In this document: one piece after another, positions 32,540 to 42,710 of the stretch
How the letters are laid out: every line of letters starts with the position of its first letter
How positions within the stretch are numbered: the first letter of the stretch is position 1
NCBI GenBank assembly: GCA_965240335.1
Contig: CBDEKM010000008.1
Span: forward strand, 46,403 to 110,402
DNA: 64,000 nucleotides
Reading direction: 5' to 3'
Source of the DNA: a bacterium
GTDB taxonomy: Bacteria > JAAXHH01
The notes under the pieces: model-generated
The model's input: only the letters and a program-made list of their open reading frames with translations
What the model was told of the DNA's origin: nothing
Database searches by the model: none
Position numbers and translations under genes: made by a program

Positions 32540-33403
32540 ATGAAGACCAAAAGAGAAGTACGCATCGGTTGCGTTCAGACGCCTGCGCTGCCGACCTTCG
32601 ACGACGCCATCGAGGTCGCGTGTCGCCTGGCCGGAGAAGCTGTTGCGGAGGGCGCCGAGTTGGTGTGCCTGCCCGAGTACTGCTGCGGCCTCAAAACCGA
32701 CAAGGGAGTATTCCGTCCCCCGGCGGCGCCGGAGGCGAGTCATCCCGTGCTCGCGGCCCTGCGCGAATTCACCCGGAACGCCGGTGTGTGGACGCTTATC
32801 GGTTCCGTGGCGGTGGAAGGACTCGATGACCGCCTCATCAACCGTGGTTACTTGGTGGACGACCAGGGGGAGATCCGCGCGCGGTATGACAAGATCCATC
32901 TGTTCGACGTGAATCTATCCGAGACCGAGATATACCGCGAATCGGACGTGGTTTCCCCTGGCGACCTGGCCGTAGTGACCGAGACTCCCTGGGGTGGCCT
33001 CGGCATGACCACCTGCTACGACCTGCGATTTCCTCATCTCTACCGTTCTCTTGCGCAGGCCGGAGCCGAGATGCTCGCGGTGCCCGCGGCGTTCACGAAG
33101 ACGTCGGGGCAGGCTCACTGGCATGTGCTCAACCGTGCGCGGGCCATCGAGAACGGCGCCGTGGTCGTGGCTCCCTGCGCCGTGGGATCCGTTCCCGGCG
33201 GCGGTGAGGTCTTCGGCCATTCGCTTATCATATCTCCGTGGGGTGAAGTCATCGCCGACGGCGGCGACGGCGTAGGTACCATCGTTGCCTCGGTGGACAT
33301 GGAAAGCGTCGCCTCCTCCCGCAAGCGCGTGCCGAGTCTCCGACACGACCGGCCGTTCAGTGATCCTGGCCAGGCGAAACCCGGCCGCCGTTCGGTTGCC
33401 TGA
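32540..33403 (+). CDS. Carbon-nitrogen hydrolase (Nit1/deaminated glutathione amidase-like)
   Basis: LPE, YDKIHLFDV, CYDLRFP catalytic E-K-C, AHWHVL.RARAIEN. Confidence 0.9.
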   Translation: MKTKREVRIGCVQTPALPTFDDAIEVACRLAGEAVAEGAELVCLPEYCCGLKTDKGVFRPPAAPEASHPVLAALREFTRNAGVWTLIGSVAVEGLDDRLINRGYLVDDQGEIRARYDKIHLFDVNLSETEIYRESDVVSPGDLAVVTETPWGGLGMTTCYDLRFPHLYRSLAQAGAEMLAVPAAFTKTSGQAHWHVLNRARAIENGAVVVAPCAVGSVPGGGEVFGHSLIISPWGEVIADGGDGVGTIVASVDMESVASSRKRVPSLRHDRPFSDPGQAKPGRRSVA

Positions 33404-33443
33404 GCCGAAGTACCGACACTTTCGTGCATGAGGATGCTTTACG

Positions 33444-33944
33444 GTGAAAAACCTGATCCTGGTGCGACACGCCAAGTCGAGCTGGAACGATTCCTCGCTC
33501 GATGATCATGAGCGAACGCTGAACGCGCGCGGGAAGCGGGACGCCCCGGAGATGGGCGACCGGCTGGCGCGGCGTGGGTGTGATCCGCACCTGCTCATAT
33601 CAAGTTCCGCGGTACGGGCCCTCGAGACGGCAAGGACCATTGCTAAAAAACTCGGTTATCCTCGTGAAAGCATCCGGGTGGAGGAGCGTCTCTACCTTGC
33701 CAGCATCGACGAATTGCTCGAAGTGATTCGCGGCGTGGATGAGTTGATGGCCACGTTGATGCTTGTCGGACACAACCCTGGATTTACAGCATTGGCGAAC
33801 GTACTCGGACCTCGCGATATCTTCAATATGCCCACCTGCGGCGTGCTCCAACTGCGCTTTGGGACAGACGCATGGGCAGCCGTGGGAGCATTGCGCGGTG
33901 TAGAAGTGCTGTACGACTATCCGAAGAGCTTATGCTGCGATTGA
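33444..33944 (+). CDS. Histidine phosphatase SixA family
   Basis: LVRHAKSSW, SSSAVRA..T, VGHNP. Confidence 0.88.
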   Translation: MKNLILVRHAKSSWNDSSLDDHERTLNARGKRDAPEMGDRLARRGCDPHLLISSSAVRALETARTIAKKLGYPRESIRVEERLYLASIDELLEVIRGVDELMATLMLVGHNPGFTALANVLGPRDIFNMPTCGVLQLRFGTDAWAAVGALRGVEVLYDYPKSLCCD

Positions 33945-34024
33945 GCCACGGTATAGCTAGGCGCACCATGCCCCGACTCACTCAATACGAGCAGTCTTCA
34001 CCGATTTCTGCAAGGAGTTTTGAG

Positions 34025-34648
34025 ATGAACCGGTCTTCTGGAAGATCATTCACATCAGCGATAGCGCTCTCCCTCCTTATTGGGTTCACTTGCTTGGCCA
34101 GCGGCGCGGCGATTGGCGTCAGTTGGAACTATACGCAGGTAACCGCTGTGGCTATCGTCGAACCAGGAATCGGTGGGTTTGTACCGATCGGTATAAATGC
34201 ATCGGGATATAAGTGGACGAAAGCCGAAGTTACTCCAGTAGTACTGGTCAAGCCGGAAATCGGAGGTTTCGTTCCGCGGGAAGGGATCTCCATAGGCAAT
34301 CAGTGGCGCAAGGATGACGTGAACCCCGTAGCGCTGGTAGAACCCTTGAATGCCACCTTCGTCCCTTACCGTACTATTACTACGGCGGTTTCGTCCACTG
34401 CCGGTCGCTTGACGTCCTATCCAAGCGCTGGTCCCGTCATCGAGACACGAACCATGGGAGCTTTCAACGGCTGGGAAGGTGAAACAATCGTCCGGCTTGC
34501 GAATGGGCAGATATGGCAGCAGACCGAATTCTATTACCAATATCACTATGCCTTCAGGCCGGAAGTCTTGATCTACAAATCCGGCGGTTCTTTCAAGATG
34601 AAGGTCGATAGCGTAAGCAAGGCGGTCCGCGTCCGGCGTTTGAAGTAA
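34025..34648 (+). CDS. Secreted hypothetical protein with three 30-aa repeats and a C-terminal FNGW.GET..L.NGQ.WQQ domain
   Basis: AAGGAG RBS, signal peptide, Trp codons at 34124/34214/34304 (90-nt period). Confidence 0.7.
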   Translation: MNRSSGRSFTSAIALSLLIGFTCLASGAAIGVSWNYTQVTAVAIVEPGIGGFVPIGINASGYKWTKAEVTPVVLVKPEIGGFVPREGISIGNQWRKDDVNPVALVEPLNATFVPYRTITTAVSSTAGRLTSYPSAGPVIETRTMGAFNGWEGETIVRLANGQIWQQTEFYYQYHYAFRPEVLIYKSGGSFKMKVDSVSKAVRVRRLK

Positions 34649-34660
34649 TAGGAGACTTTA

Positions 34661-35329
34661 ATGTCCACGGAAACAGCGGAATTGAAGTTCACTGCAACTG
34701 ATGAAAAGGGCGAGGTTTCGGCCATCGTGGCCAGCCCGGACGATGCGAATGCCCTGATGGTGCTCGGACACGGGGCGGGTACGAATATGCGCCATCGATT
34801 CATGGAGGAGCTGAGCGACGCGCTGAACGAAGCTGGAGTCGCCACCTTCCGTTTCAATTACCCTTATTCCGAGAAGGGTGGCGGCATGGATGGCGAGAAG
34901 GTTCGCCTGGCCACGGTGCGAGCGGCCATTGAGACTGCGAAGTGGGAACCAGGTGACCTTCCGGTGTTCGCCGGCGGACATTCTATGAGCGGCCGCATGG
35001 TGTCGATGGCGTGCTCCAGCGAACCCGTCGAAGGGCTGCGGGGCATCGTGTTTTTCGCCTTTCCACTCCATTCGAGCAAGAAGAACACAGAGCGTGCTGA
35101 ACACTTGAAGGCGGTAGAGGCGCCCTTGCTGTTCCTGTCCGGCCAGCGGGACTCGATGGCGGATCTGGAACTGTTGCGGCCGGTCGTGGATAACCTGGAT
35201 AACGCGACGCTGCACGTCGTGGATACCGCGGATCACGGATTCAAGGTGCTCAAGAGGCGGAATACCAATGAACCCGTCATGGGGGAACTGGCCAGGATCG
35301 CGGCGGAGTGGATGCAGACGCGGAGTTGA
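34661..35329 (+). CDS. Alpha/beta hydrolase (KANL3/Tex30-like)
   Basis: HGAG, RFNYPY, GGHSMSGR, ADHGF. Confidence 0.85.
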   Translation: MSTETAELKFTATDEKGEVSAIVASPDDANALMVLGHGAGTNMRHRFMEELSDALNEAGVATFRFNYPYSEKGGGMDGEKVRLATVRAAIETAKWEPGDLPVFAGGHSMSGRMVSMACSSEPVEGLRGIVFFAFPLHSSKKNTERAEHLKAVEAPLLFLSGQRDSMADLELLRPVVDNLDNATLHVVDTADHGFKVLKRRNTNEPVMGELARIAAEWMQTRS

Positions 35330-35425
35330 ATATTCGCTTCGTCTTACTCATTCCCAACTCGCCCTCAGTTACTTCCTCTTGGATAGAAACCGAGTCCTGA
35401 TTGATTGTATTTGGAAAGAACCCAT

Positions 35426-36722
35426 ATGTCCCTGATCAAATTCGTACACGCGGCCGACCTTCACTTGGACAGTCCTTTCCGCGGAATTGGAAGCGAAGTG
35501 CCGGACTATGTCTTGGAGACGCTTCAGGAGGCAACGTTCGAAGCGTATGACCGGACCATTGAATTCTGCATTTCGGAGGAAGTCGACGCATTCCTAGTAG
35601 CCGGAGATGTCTACGACGGCGCGGACCGCAGTCTTCGGGCTCAGGTGAGGTTTGTCAACGGACTCAATCGCCTTGATGCTGCTGGGGTGCGATCCTTCGT
35701 CTGTCACGGGAATCATGACCCGATGGACGGATGGGAAGCGAGGCTATCCCTTCCGCCCAGTTTGCGTCCGGTACGGTGCGGAGGTCGAGGCTGAACCCGT
35801 GTTCCCAGACGACCCGGATCGTGCGGTTGTTCACGGGATCAGTTTTTCCACCGGTGTGGTGAAGGAGAATCTGGCTCTTCGGTTCCAGAACCTGGCCACT
35901 ACGGGTACCACTCTCAGCGGGAAATTCAACATTGGCCTGTTGCACGCGAACGTTGGAGGAAATTCTGTCCACCAGAGCTATGCGCCTTGCACCGTTGAGG
36001 ATCTGGTCAATACCGCTGTCGACTACTGGGCGCTTGGTCATGTACATACTCGCCAGGTCCTGCGAGACGAACGGCCGGCAATCGTGTATCCTGGTAACCC
36101 GCAAGGACGCCATCCCCGGGAGACCGGTAAGCACGGCGTTTACTTGGTCGAGGTAGGCGATGACAGATCGCCCCGGCTTGAGTTTATCGAAACCGACGTG
36201 GTACGATGGGAAATGCTGACGCTGGATATTGACACCATTGAAACTGAGCAGGAGCTGATGGATACCATGGATGGTATTGTGGCCACGAGCGCGAAGGCAG
36301 TGGACGGTCGGCCGTTAGTGTGCAGGCTGGACCTTTTTGGCCGCGGGCCGCTCCACCGTTGGCTTTCGCTTCCAGAAACCTCCAAAGATCTTCAAACATG
36401 GCTCAATGACCTTTATTCCGACCGAAGCCCTTGGATGTGGTGCGAACGCATCAACGTACGCACCGGGACACCATTGGACCGGGAACGTGCGGCCCAGCGA
36501 GATGATTTCGTTGGGGACTTGCTTCGTACGGGATCGGCGTTCCGGGACGACCCGGAACAACTGTCTGAACTGCAATCCTCATTAAGGCCCCTGTACGTCA
36601 CTTCCAGTGCTGGCTCCTATCTGCGCGGCTTCCTACCCTCACTCGAGGAAATCAGGTCGCTATTGACCGAAGCGGAGGATCAGTGCCTGGACGTGCTCAC
36701 AGAGGAACAGGAGCTGAAATGA
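35426..36722 (+). CDS. SbcD/Mre11-like metallophosphoesterase nuclease (YhaO-like), frameshift near 35760
   Basis: HAADLHLDSPF, AGDVYD, GNHD, YWALGHVH, YPGNPQGR. Confidence 0.85.
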
Positions 36723-39700
36723 GAATCCAGGAGATGCATGTTGAAAGTTTCGGACATTTCCACCAGCGCACATTCGATCCGGTTCCCAGTCCGGTAACCG
36801 TCTACTACGGTCCCAATGAGGCGGGTAAGAGCACCCTTCTCGCCTTTATTCGTGCCATTCTCTTCGGTTTTCCGCATAGATACAACCAGTACTACCCTCC
36901 GGTAACCGGAGGCCGACACGGTGGTAAAATCACGATTTGCGACGGTACCGGCGCGTCTTCTGTCGTGGAGCGGTTTGCAGGAGCTAGGGGAGGGCTGAAA
37001 GTCACTACTCCTCAGGGACCGGCGTCGAACGCCGAAGCGGTCCTGCAGCGCCTTACCGGCAGTGCCACCTCGGATTTATTCGGCAATGTATTCGCCTTTA
37101 GTCTGGACGAATTGCAGGAAGCATCATCGCTGGAGGATTCGAGCGGAGTAATCTACAGTGCCGGACAGGGCACTCCGAGTCTTCTTGGACTGAAGAAGAA
37201 TCTGAGCGACCGAAAACGGGCTATCTACCTGTACAAAGGCAACAATCAGGAAGTACCAAGGTTGTTGTCCGTATTGAAGGAACTAGACGAGAAACTTCGG
37301 GTTATCGCAACGCATTCCGGCAGATACGGCGAACTGACCCAGAGGAGATCGGAGATCGCCGACGAACTAGCGGATGCTGAATTGGAAATCACCGACCTTA
37401 ACAAACAGATAGCGAAAATCGACCGCCAAAAAAGTGGCTGGGAGGACTGGGTAGCGCTGTGCGAGTGCGAGTCGAAGCTAGTGGAGGTACCGGAATACGC
37501 AGAATTCCCGGAATCGGCCGTGACCCGTCTGGAGAATATCGAAGAAGGCATCAGACATGCTCGTGAAGAGTACGAATCAGTTGAGGAACTTCTGCGTCAG
37601 GCGGAGGAATCGGCGAATCTGGAGATACCGGACGAGGCCATGCTGGAGGACCGCACGCCCGTCGAAGTGATTCGCCGGTCCCGCGGAAGTTATGACGGAT
37701 CTAAGCGCGACCTGCCAAAACGACAGACTGAACTCAAAGCTCTCAACGACGAGTTTTCCGAGGCGTTGAACGATTTGGGCCAAGACTGGGACGAGGCCGA
37801 ACTGGAAGCTTTCGATACGTCCCTTGTGCTCCGTAACCAGGTCGACACTTGGAAATCTCGCTTCGATCAGGCAGAAGAAATAAACCGGCAGATGCGAGAC
37901 CGACTGGCGCAGGAAAGGCGAAGTCTTAAGGACCGTGAAGCTGAGACCCAGGAAGCCAAGGACACGCTTCCGGACAAGCCCCCTCGGTCTGAAGTAGAAG
38001 GGATAGCTGAGCGACAGGACGCAATTCGCGTGGCCAGACGGAGGCTTGAAGAATACGAGCGAAAAAAGCAGGCATTCGACAGCCTCAAGCAACAACTCAC
38101 GCAACTTGCGGTCCACCAAGAGACATTGAGCGGCGCTTCGGGCAAGGTGGGCACGAAACCAGTCATCTCACTCGTCATCATTGGACTGGCCTTTGTCGTG
38201 ACAGGCTGGATGGTCGGGGAGGTAGCGTGGCTCTTCGGTGTTGCCGCCGGGCTGATGATGCTGGGAATCGCGGCTTATCTTTGGCGTAAAGGTTCGTCCA
38301 ATGTTTCCACCGATTCACCGCTGGTGTCCGTGACGTTGCAGCGCCAGGTGGAAAACGCAGAAAGGGAGACTGAAGAGGCCCTGGATTCTTTGATGGATGC
38401 TGGAAGGATGCTGGGGCTGGAGGAACAGCCGGACTCCGATTTGCTGGACAAAGAATCGAAACAGCTAGAAACCGATCTGGTCGCACTAGACCGATGGACC
38501 GCCGCCAGTAACCGCATTCACGAGGCTGACCGGAAGCAGCAGATGCAGTTGCTGCGCCTAGAAAGCAACAAAGAGGAACTTGCCGAAGCGGACGGAGTAG
38601 CGGAGACCATGCACGAGGAGTGGCGTGCTTGGCTCGCCGATCAAGGATTAAAGAACGCCCTGACACCTGATGGGATGACCACTTTACTGGTCCAAGTGGA
38701 GGCCGTACGCGGGAAATCGACGCAGGTCCAGCGGATGGTAAAGCGAATTGAGGACATCGAGCGAGATATCCAAGAATTTAGTAACTTGGTGCAACCCCTT
38801 GCGTTACGCCATGGACTGACTACGGATGGCCAGGATGCGAATGAATCAGGGTTCCTGGCAGACGAGATTCTCCGACGATTTGAACAAGCCCAGACTGCGT
38901 TTCACCAGCGGCGGCAGGCCGAGAAGGCGGCCGAGGGAAACCGTCGTTCCGCAGAACGTGTCCTTGATCGACTCAGGGAACAGGAGAAGAAGATTGATGA
39001 TCTTCTTGCCGCGGGTAGCTCGGATGATTCCGAGTCGTTTCTCCGCAAGGCGCGGGAACACAAGCATCGGCAGGATCTGATGCGCAAAAGAGATGAACAT
39101 CGGCGCAATTTAGAAAAGTTGAGTGGTCCGGGCCCCAGATTTGAGTCCTTTCTCCTGTCATTTGATGGCGTTGATCCGCTCAGCCTTGACGTACAATCCA
39201 TCGAACTTGCGGACCACCGAGATAGAATACGGACCCAGTGCAACCTTCTTCGGGAGGAGACCGGCGGCATCGAAACGGAATTGGCGCAACTTTCAGGTGA
39301 AGAGGAATCGTCCGCCCTACGGATCCGGAAACATGCCTTGGAGGAGCAACTGAAGGACCATGCCAGCGACTGGGCGCGGCTCGTCGTCGCCGAAGCGCTC
39401 CTTGAACGGACGCAGCAGTTATTCGAACAGGAGCGTCAGCCAAAGGTCATCCAGCATGCCCAGCGTTGTTTTTCCTCTATCACTTCCGGGCGATACCCCC
39501 GGCTGTTCGCACCAATTGGGAAGGAAACAATTACCGTTGTCGACTCAGACGGTACCAACAGAGAGCCTAATGAGTTGAGTCGGGGTACACGCGAACAGTT
39601 GTATCTGGCGTTGCGCTTCGGCCTGATCAGGGAGTTTGGAGAACACGCCGAAGCCCTTCCCGTGGTTGTGGACGAAGCACTGGTCAACTTCGATCCAGCC

Positions 39701-39835
39701 CGCACCCGGGTTGCTGCGGAGGCTTTCACTTCCCTATCTGAAACCAACCAGGTACTGGTATTTACCTGCCATCCCCATGTTTGCGACGTTTTCGCCGAAG
39801 TCGCCGATGCCAACGTGGTGAACATTGGTGGATAG
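36719..39835 (+). CDS. SbcC/Rad50-like SMC ATPase with central transmembrane hairpin (YhaN/AAA_27-like)
   Basis: YGPNEAGKSTL, long coiled coils, TM pair, LSRGTREQLYLALR, VDEALVNFD, FTCH; ATGA overlap with yhaO-like gene. Confidence 0.88.
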   Translation: MRIQEMHVESFGHFHQRTFDPVPSPVTVYYGPNEAGKSTLLAFIRAILFGFPHRYNQYYPPVTGGRHGGKITICDGTGASSVVERFAGARGGLKVTTPQGPASNAEAVLQRLTGSATSDLFGNVFAFSLDELQEASSLEDSSGVIYSAGQGTPSLLGLKKNLSDRKRAIYLYKGNNQEVPRLLSVLKELDEKLRVIATHSGRYGELTQRRSEIADELADAELEITDLNKQIAKIDRQKSGWEDWVALCECESKLVEVPEYAEFPESAVTRLENIEEGIRHAREEYESVEELLRQAEESANLEIPDEAMLEDRTPVEVIRRSRGSYDGSKRDLPKRQTELKALNDEFSEALNDLGQDWDEAELEAFDTSLVLRNQVDTWKSRFDQAEEINRQMRDRLAQERRSLKDREAETQEAKDTLPDKPPRSEVEGIAERQDAIRVARRRLEEYERKKQAFDSLKQQLTQLAVHQETLSGASGKVGTKPVISLVIIGLAFVVTGWMVGEVAWLFGVAAGLMMLGIAAYLWRKGSSNVSTDSPLVSVTLQRQVENAERETEEALDSLMDAGRMLGLEEQPDSDLLDKESKQLETDLVALDRWTAASNRIHEADRKQQMQLLRLESNKEELAEADGVAETMHEEWRAWLADQGLKNALTPDGMTTLLVQVEAVRGKSTQVQRMVKRIEDIERDIQEFSNLVQPLALRHGLTTDGQDANESGFLADEILRRFEQAQTAFHQRRQAEKAAEGNRRSAERVLDRLREQEKKIDDLLAAGSSDDSESFLRKAREHKHRQDLMRKRDEHRRNLEKLSGPGPRFESFLLSFDGVDPLSLDVQSIELADHRDRIRTQCNLLREETGGIETELAQLSGEEESSALRIRKHALEEQLKDHASDWARLVVAEALLERTQQLFEQERQPKVIQHAQRCFSSITSGRYPRLFAPIGKETITVVDSDGTNREPNELSRGTREQLYLALRFGLIREFGEHAEALPVVVDEALVNFDPARTRVAAEAFTSLSETNQVLVFTCHPHVCDVFAEVADANVVNIGG

Positions 39836-40206
39836 GCAGGCCCCGTACACGTATCGGATTGTCCACCATTCCTATGGGTTCTGTCTGACAGGGTTCTGCT
39901 CTATATGCGTCCGTGAGTTCCGTTCGGCCCGGATGGCAACAATCCAAAGGTCTTGATTTCGGAAGGCCTCGTGCTTTCCAATAAGCCACACATCCGCGAC
40001 CTTTGACACGGCCTGATGGCGTTATGGGGATTTCAGCGGGATCGGCACGTAGTGGGTGACAGACCGCGTGAGCGATGGGAATCTATTTAGAAATAGATGT
40101 CGGTTCCGATCACCAAGTGATGCTTTGCAGAGCCAATACTATATATCGCTAGAATGGTGACGGTTTGGTTCGCTATCGAACACCAGTCGCCGATTGCAGA
40201 GAATGA

Positions 40207-40375
40207 TTGAAACGATTATATTGGACCCTTGGTTTATCCAGATAGAGGTACAGGTACGGCGAACAGTTGTTCGACTGACATGAACCGATACTGGCAAAAT
40301 TGGACGACCCTCGTCGCTTCGTCGTTCTCATGAAGAAAATAGTGGACGAACCGCGGCGACATACGCACCGAAAAA
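40207..40375 (+). pseudogene. Possible decayed IS1595 transposase C-terminal remnant
   Basis: Frame from 40207 reads LKR...*RYRYGEQLFD*...DDPRRFVVLMKKIV, loosely like the IS1595 tail LKR..RYxDEQxFRxN..DxxRF...IVGKRLTY. Confidence 0.25.
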
Positions 40376-40424
40376 ACAAGAGATTTCAACAAGAGCCAAT
40401 CATCAAGACGGGATTGACAACCGA

Positions 40425-41990
40425 ATGAAACACACCGATCAACAGGACAGGGAAGAACTACACCGTACTATCTGGCAGATTGCAAACGAACTGCGTGGCA
40501 GTGTTGATGGTTGGGATTTCAAGCAATACGTGCTGGGGATGCTGTTCTACCGATTCATCAGTGAGAATCTCACCTCCTACATCAACGAGGACGAACGACG
40601 AGGAGGAATCCCAGATTTTGACTACACAAACCTACCGGACGAAAAAGCGGAGTTGGGACGCGACGAAACTGTGAAGGAAAAAGGTTTTTACATCCTGCCT
40701 TCTGAGTTGTTTGCAAATTTGGCCGATCGAGCTCGCCACGACCAAGACTTGAATGAAACGCTGGCAAGGGTCTTTGAAAATATAGAAAAATCGGCAAAAG
40801 GCACTGCGAGCGAGGACAATCTTAAGGGTCTTTTCGATGATCTCGACATAAACTCGCCGAAACTTGGCTCCACGGTAGAACAGCGGAATCGGAAGTTGGT
40901 GAGACTTTTCGACGCCATCGCAAGCCTTCGCTTCCGAGATTATGCCGGTTCTGCAATAGACGCATTCGGTGATGCCTATGAATTCCTGATGACAATGTAT
41001 GCATCACATGCGGGCAAGTCCGGTGGTGAGTTTTTCACCCCACAGGAGGTGAGTGAACTGCTCGCGGAAATCACGACTGTCGACCGGGACGAGGTGAATA
41101 AGGTGTACGATCCGGCATGTGGTTCGGGTTCGCTGCTCTTGAAGTTCTCAAAGGTGATCGGGAAGGAAAAGGTACGCCAAGGGTTCTTTGGACAGGAGAT
41201 CAACCTCACGACCTACAACCTCTGCCGTATCAACATGTTCCTGCATGACATCAATTACGAGAGTTTCGATATCGCCCTTGGCGACACACTCGCCGATCCG
41301 GCACACTGGGACGATGAACCGTTTGACGCAATTGTCTCCAATCCGCCGTATTCTATCAAGTGGGATGGCGACGCGAATCCGATCCTAATAAACGATCCAC
41401 GCTTTTCTCCGGCAGGTGTGCTAGCGCCAAAGAGCAAGGCCGATCTAGCATTCGTCATGCACATGCTTTCGTGGCTTTCCACTAATGGAACAGCAGCCAT
41501 CGTCGAGTTCCCTGGCGTGCTGTATCGCGGTGGAGCGGAAATGAAGATCCGGCGATACCTCATCGAGAACAACTACATTGACACGGTGATTCAGTTGCCG
41601 GCCGATCTCTTTTTCGGTACCGGCATCGCCACCTGCATCATGGTGCTCAAAAAGAGTAAGGCGGACAATAAAACGCTTTTCATCGATGCATCCGCCGAAT
41701 TTGTCCGAGCAAGCACCAAGAACAAGTTGGATGAGACAAACCGTGCGAAAATCCTTAAGGCGTTTACCGACCGCGCCACCGTTGAGCACTTTGCCGCGCT
41801 CGTCGACAACAAGGATATAGCTCATAACAACTACAATATCTCGATTGCAAGCTACGTTGAGGGCGAGGACACCCGCGAGGAGGTCGATATCACGGCGCTC
41901 AATGCGGAGATTGACCGGATTGTAGCGCGCCAGCGAGAACTGCGCACGGCCATCAACGACATTGTAATGAAAATAGAAAGAACGGAATGA
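40425..41990 (+). CDS. hsdM: Type I (IC-like) R-M methyltransferase subunit
   Basis: LRGSVDGWDFKQY, GEFFTP, YDPACGSGSLL, NPPY. Confidence 0.96.
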   Translation: MKHTDQQDREELHRTIWQIANELRGSVDGWDFKQYVLGMLFYRFISENLTSYINEDERRGGIPDFDYTNLPDEKAELGRDETVKEKGFYILPSELFANLADRARHDQDLNETLARVFENIEKSAKGTASEDNLKGLFDDLDINSPKLGSTVEQRNRKLVRLFDAIASLRFRDYAGSAIDAFGDAYEFLMTMYASHAGKSGGEFFTPQEVSELLAEITTVDRDEVNKVYDPACGSGSLLLKFSKVIGKEKVRQGFFGQEINLTTYNLCRINMFLHDINYESFDIALGDTLADPAHWDDEPFDAIVSNPPYSIKWDGDANPILINDPRFSPAGVLAPKSKADLAFVMHMLSWLSTNGTAAIVEFPGVLYRGGAEMKIRRYLIENNYIDTVIQLPADLFFGTGIATCIMVLKKSKADNKTLFIDASAEFVRASTKNKLDETNRAKILKAFTDRATVEHFAALVDNKDIAHNNYNISIASYVEGEDTREEVDITALNAEIDRIVARQRELRTAINDIVMKIERTE

Positions 41991-42586
41991 AAATGCACAT
42001 GGGTCGAATTGAGCAACTGATATCAAAGTTGTGCCCGAAAGGGGTGGAGTATAGGGAGTTGGACGAACTTTTTGAAGTCAAAAACGGATACACCCCTTCA
42101 AAATCAAAGCCGGAATACTGGACGGACGGATCAATCCCATGGTTCAGAATGGAGGATATAAGGCAAAATGGAAGAGTCCTCAATGATTCAATTCAACACG
42201 TGACACTTGAAGCCGTAAAGGGTGGAAAACTGTTTCCAGCGAATTCTATCATAATTGCCACGTCGGCTACCATTGGTGAACACGCACTGATAACCGTTGA
42301 TTCGCTTGCTAATCAACGGTTCACTTTTTTGACCCCAAAAGTGAACAGTTCAAATGAAATCGACATGAAGTTCATGTTCTATTACGGATTCGTTTTGTGC
42401 GAGTGGTGCAAAAATAACATCAACGCCTCAAGCTTTGCATCTGTCGATATGAGCAGATTCAAAAGGTTCAGAATCCCAATTCCCCCCTTGCCTATCCAGG
42501 CGGAAATCGTTAAAAATCTGGACGTTTTTAAAGAGCTGGAAACAGAGCTGGAAACAGAGCTGGAAACAAGAAAAAAGCGTACATAG
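41987..42586 (+). pseudogene. hsdS: HsdS N-terminal half (TRD1 plus part of the central conserved region), truncated by the IS
   Basis: LCPKGVEYREL, IPIPPLPIQ.EIV..LD.F, ELET repeats; stop codon TAG supplied by the IS left end. Confidence 0.9.
42533..42568 (+). repeat. 3 x 12-bp in-frame repeat GAGCTGGAAACA (ELET x3), equivalent to the type IC TAEL spacer repeats
   Basis: Exact copies at 42533, 42545 and 42557. Confidence 0.92.
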
Positions 42587-42597
42587 TATTTTCAGGC

Positions 42598-42626
42598 TTG
42601 ACGGTCCAACGGGGCTGCTCTATCTT
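42598..42626 (+). promoter_or_regulatory. Inward promoter from the left TIR driving the cargo ORF at 42711
   Basis: TTGACG-N17-TATCTT; AAGGAGG RBS before ATG 42711. Confidence 0.6.
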
Positions 42627-42710
42627 GGTTGTTGTTCAAGGTCATGCGTCCCGAGTCGGGCCGCTTGCCGAAGACTCAGAACTCCAGCGGACCAATTACA
42701 AGGAGGACTT

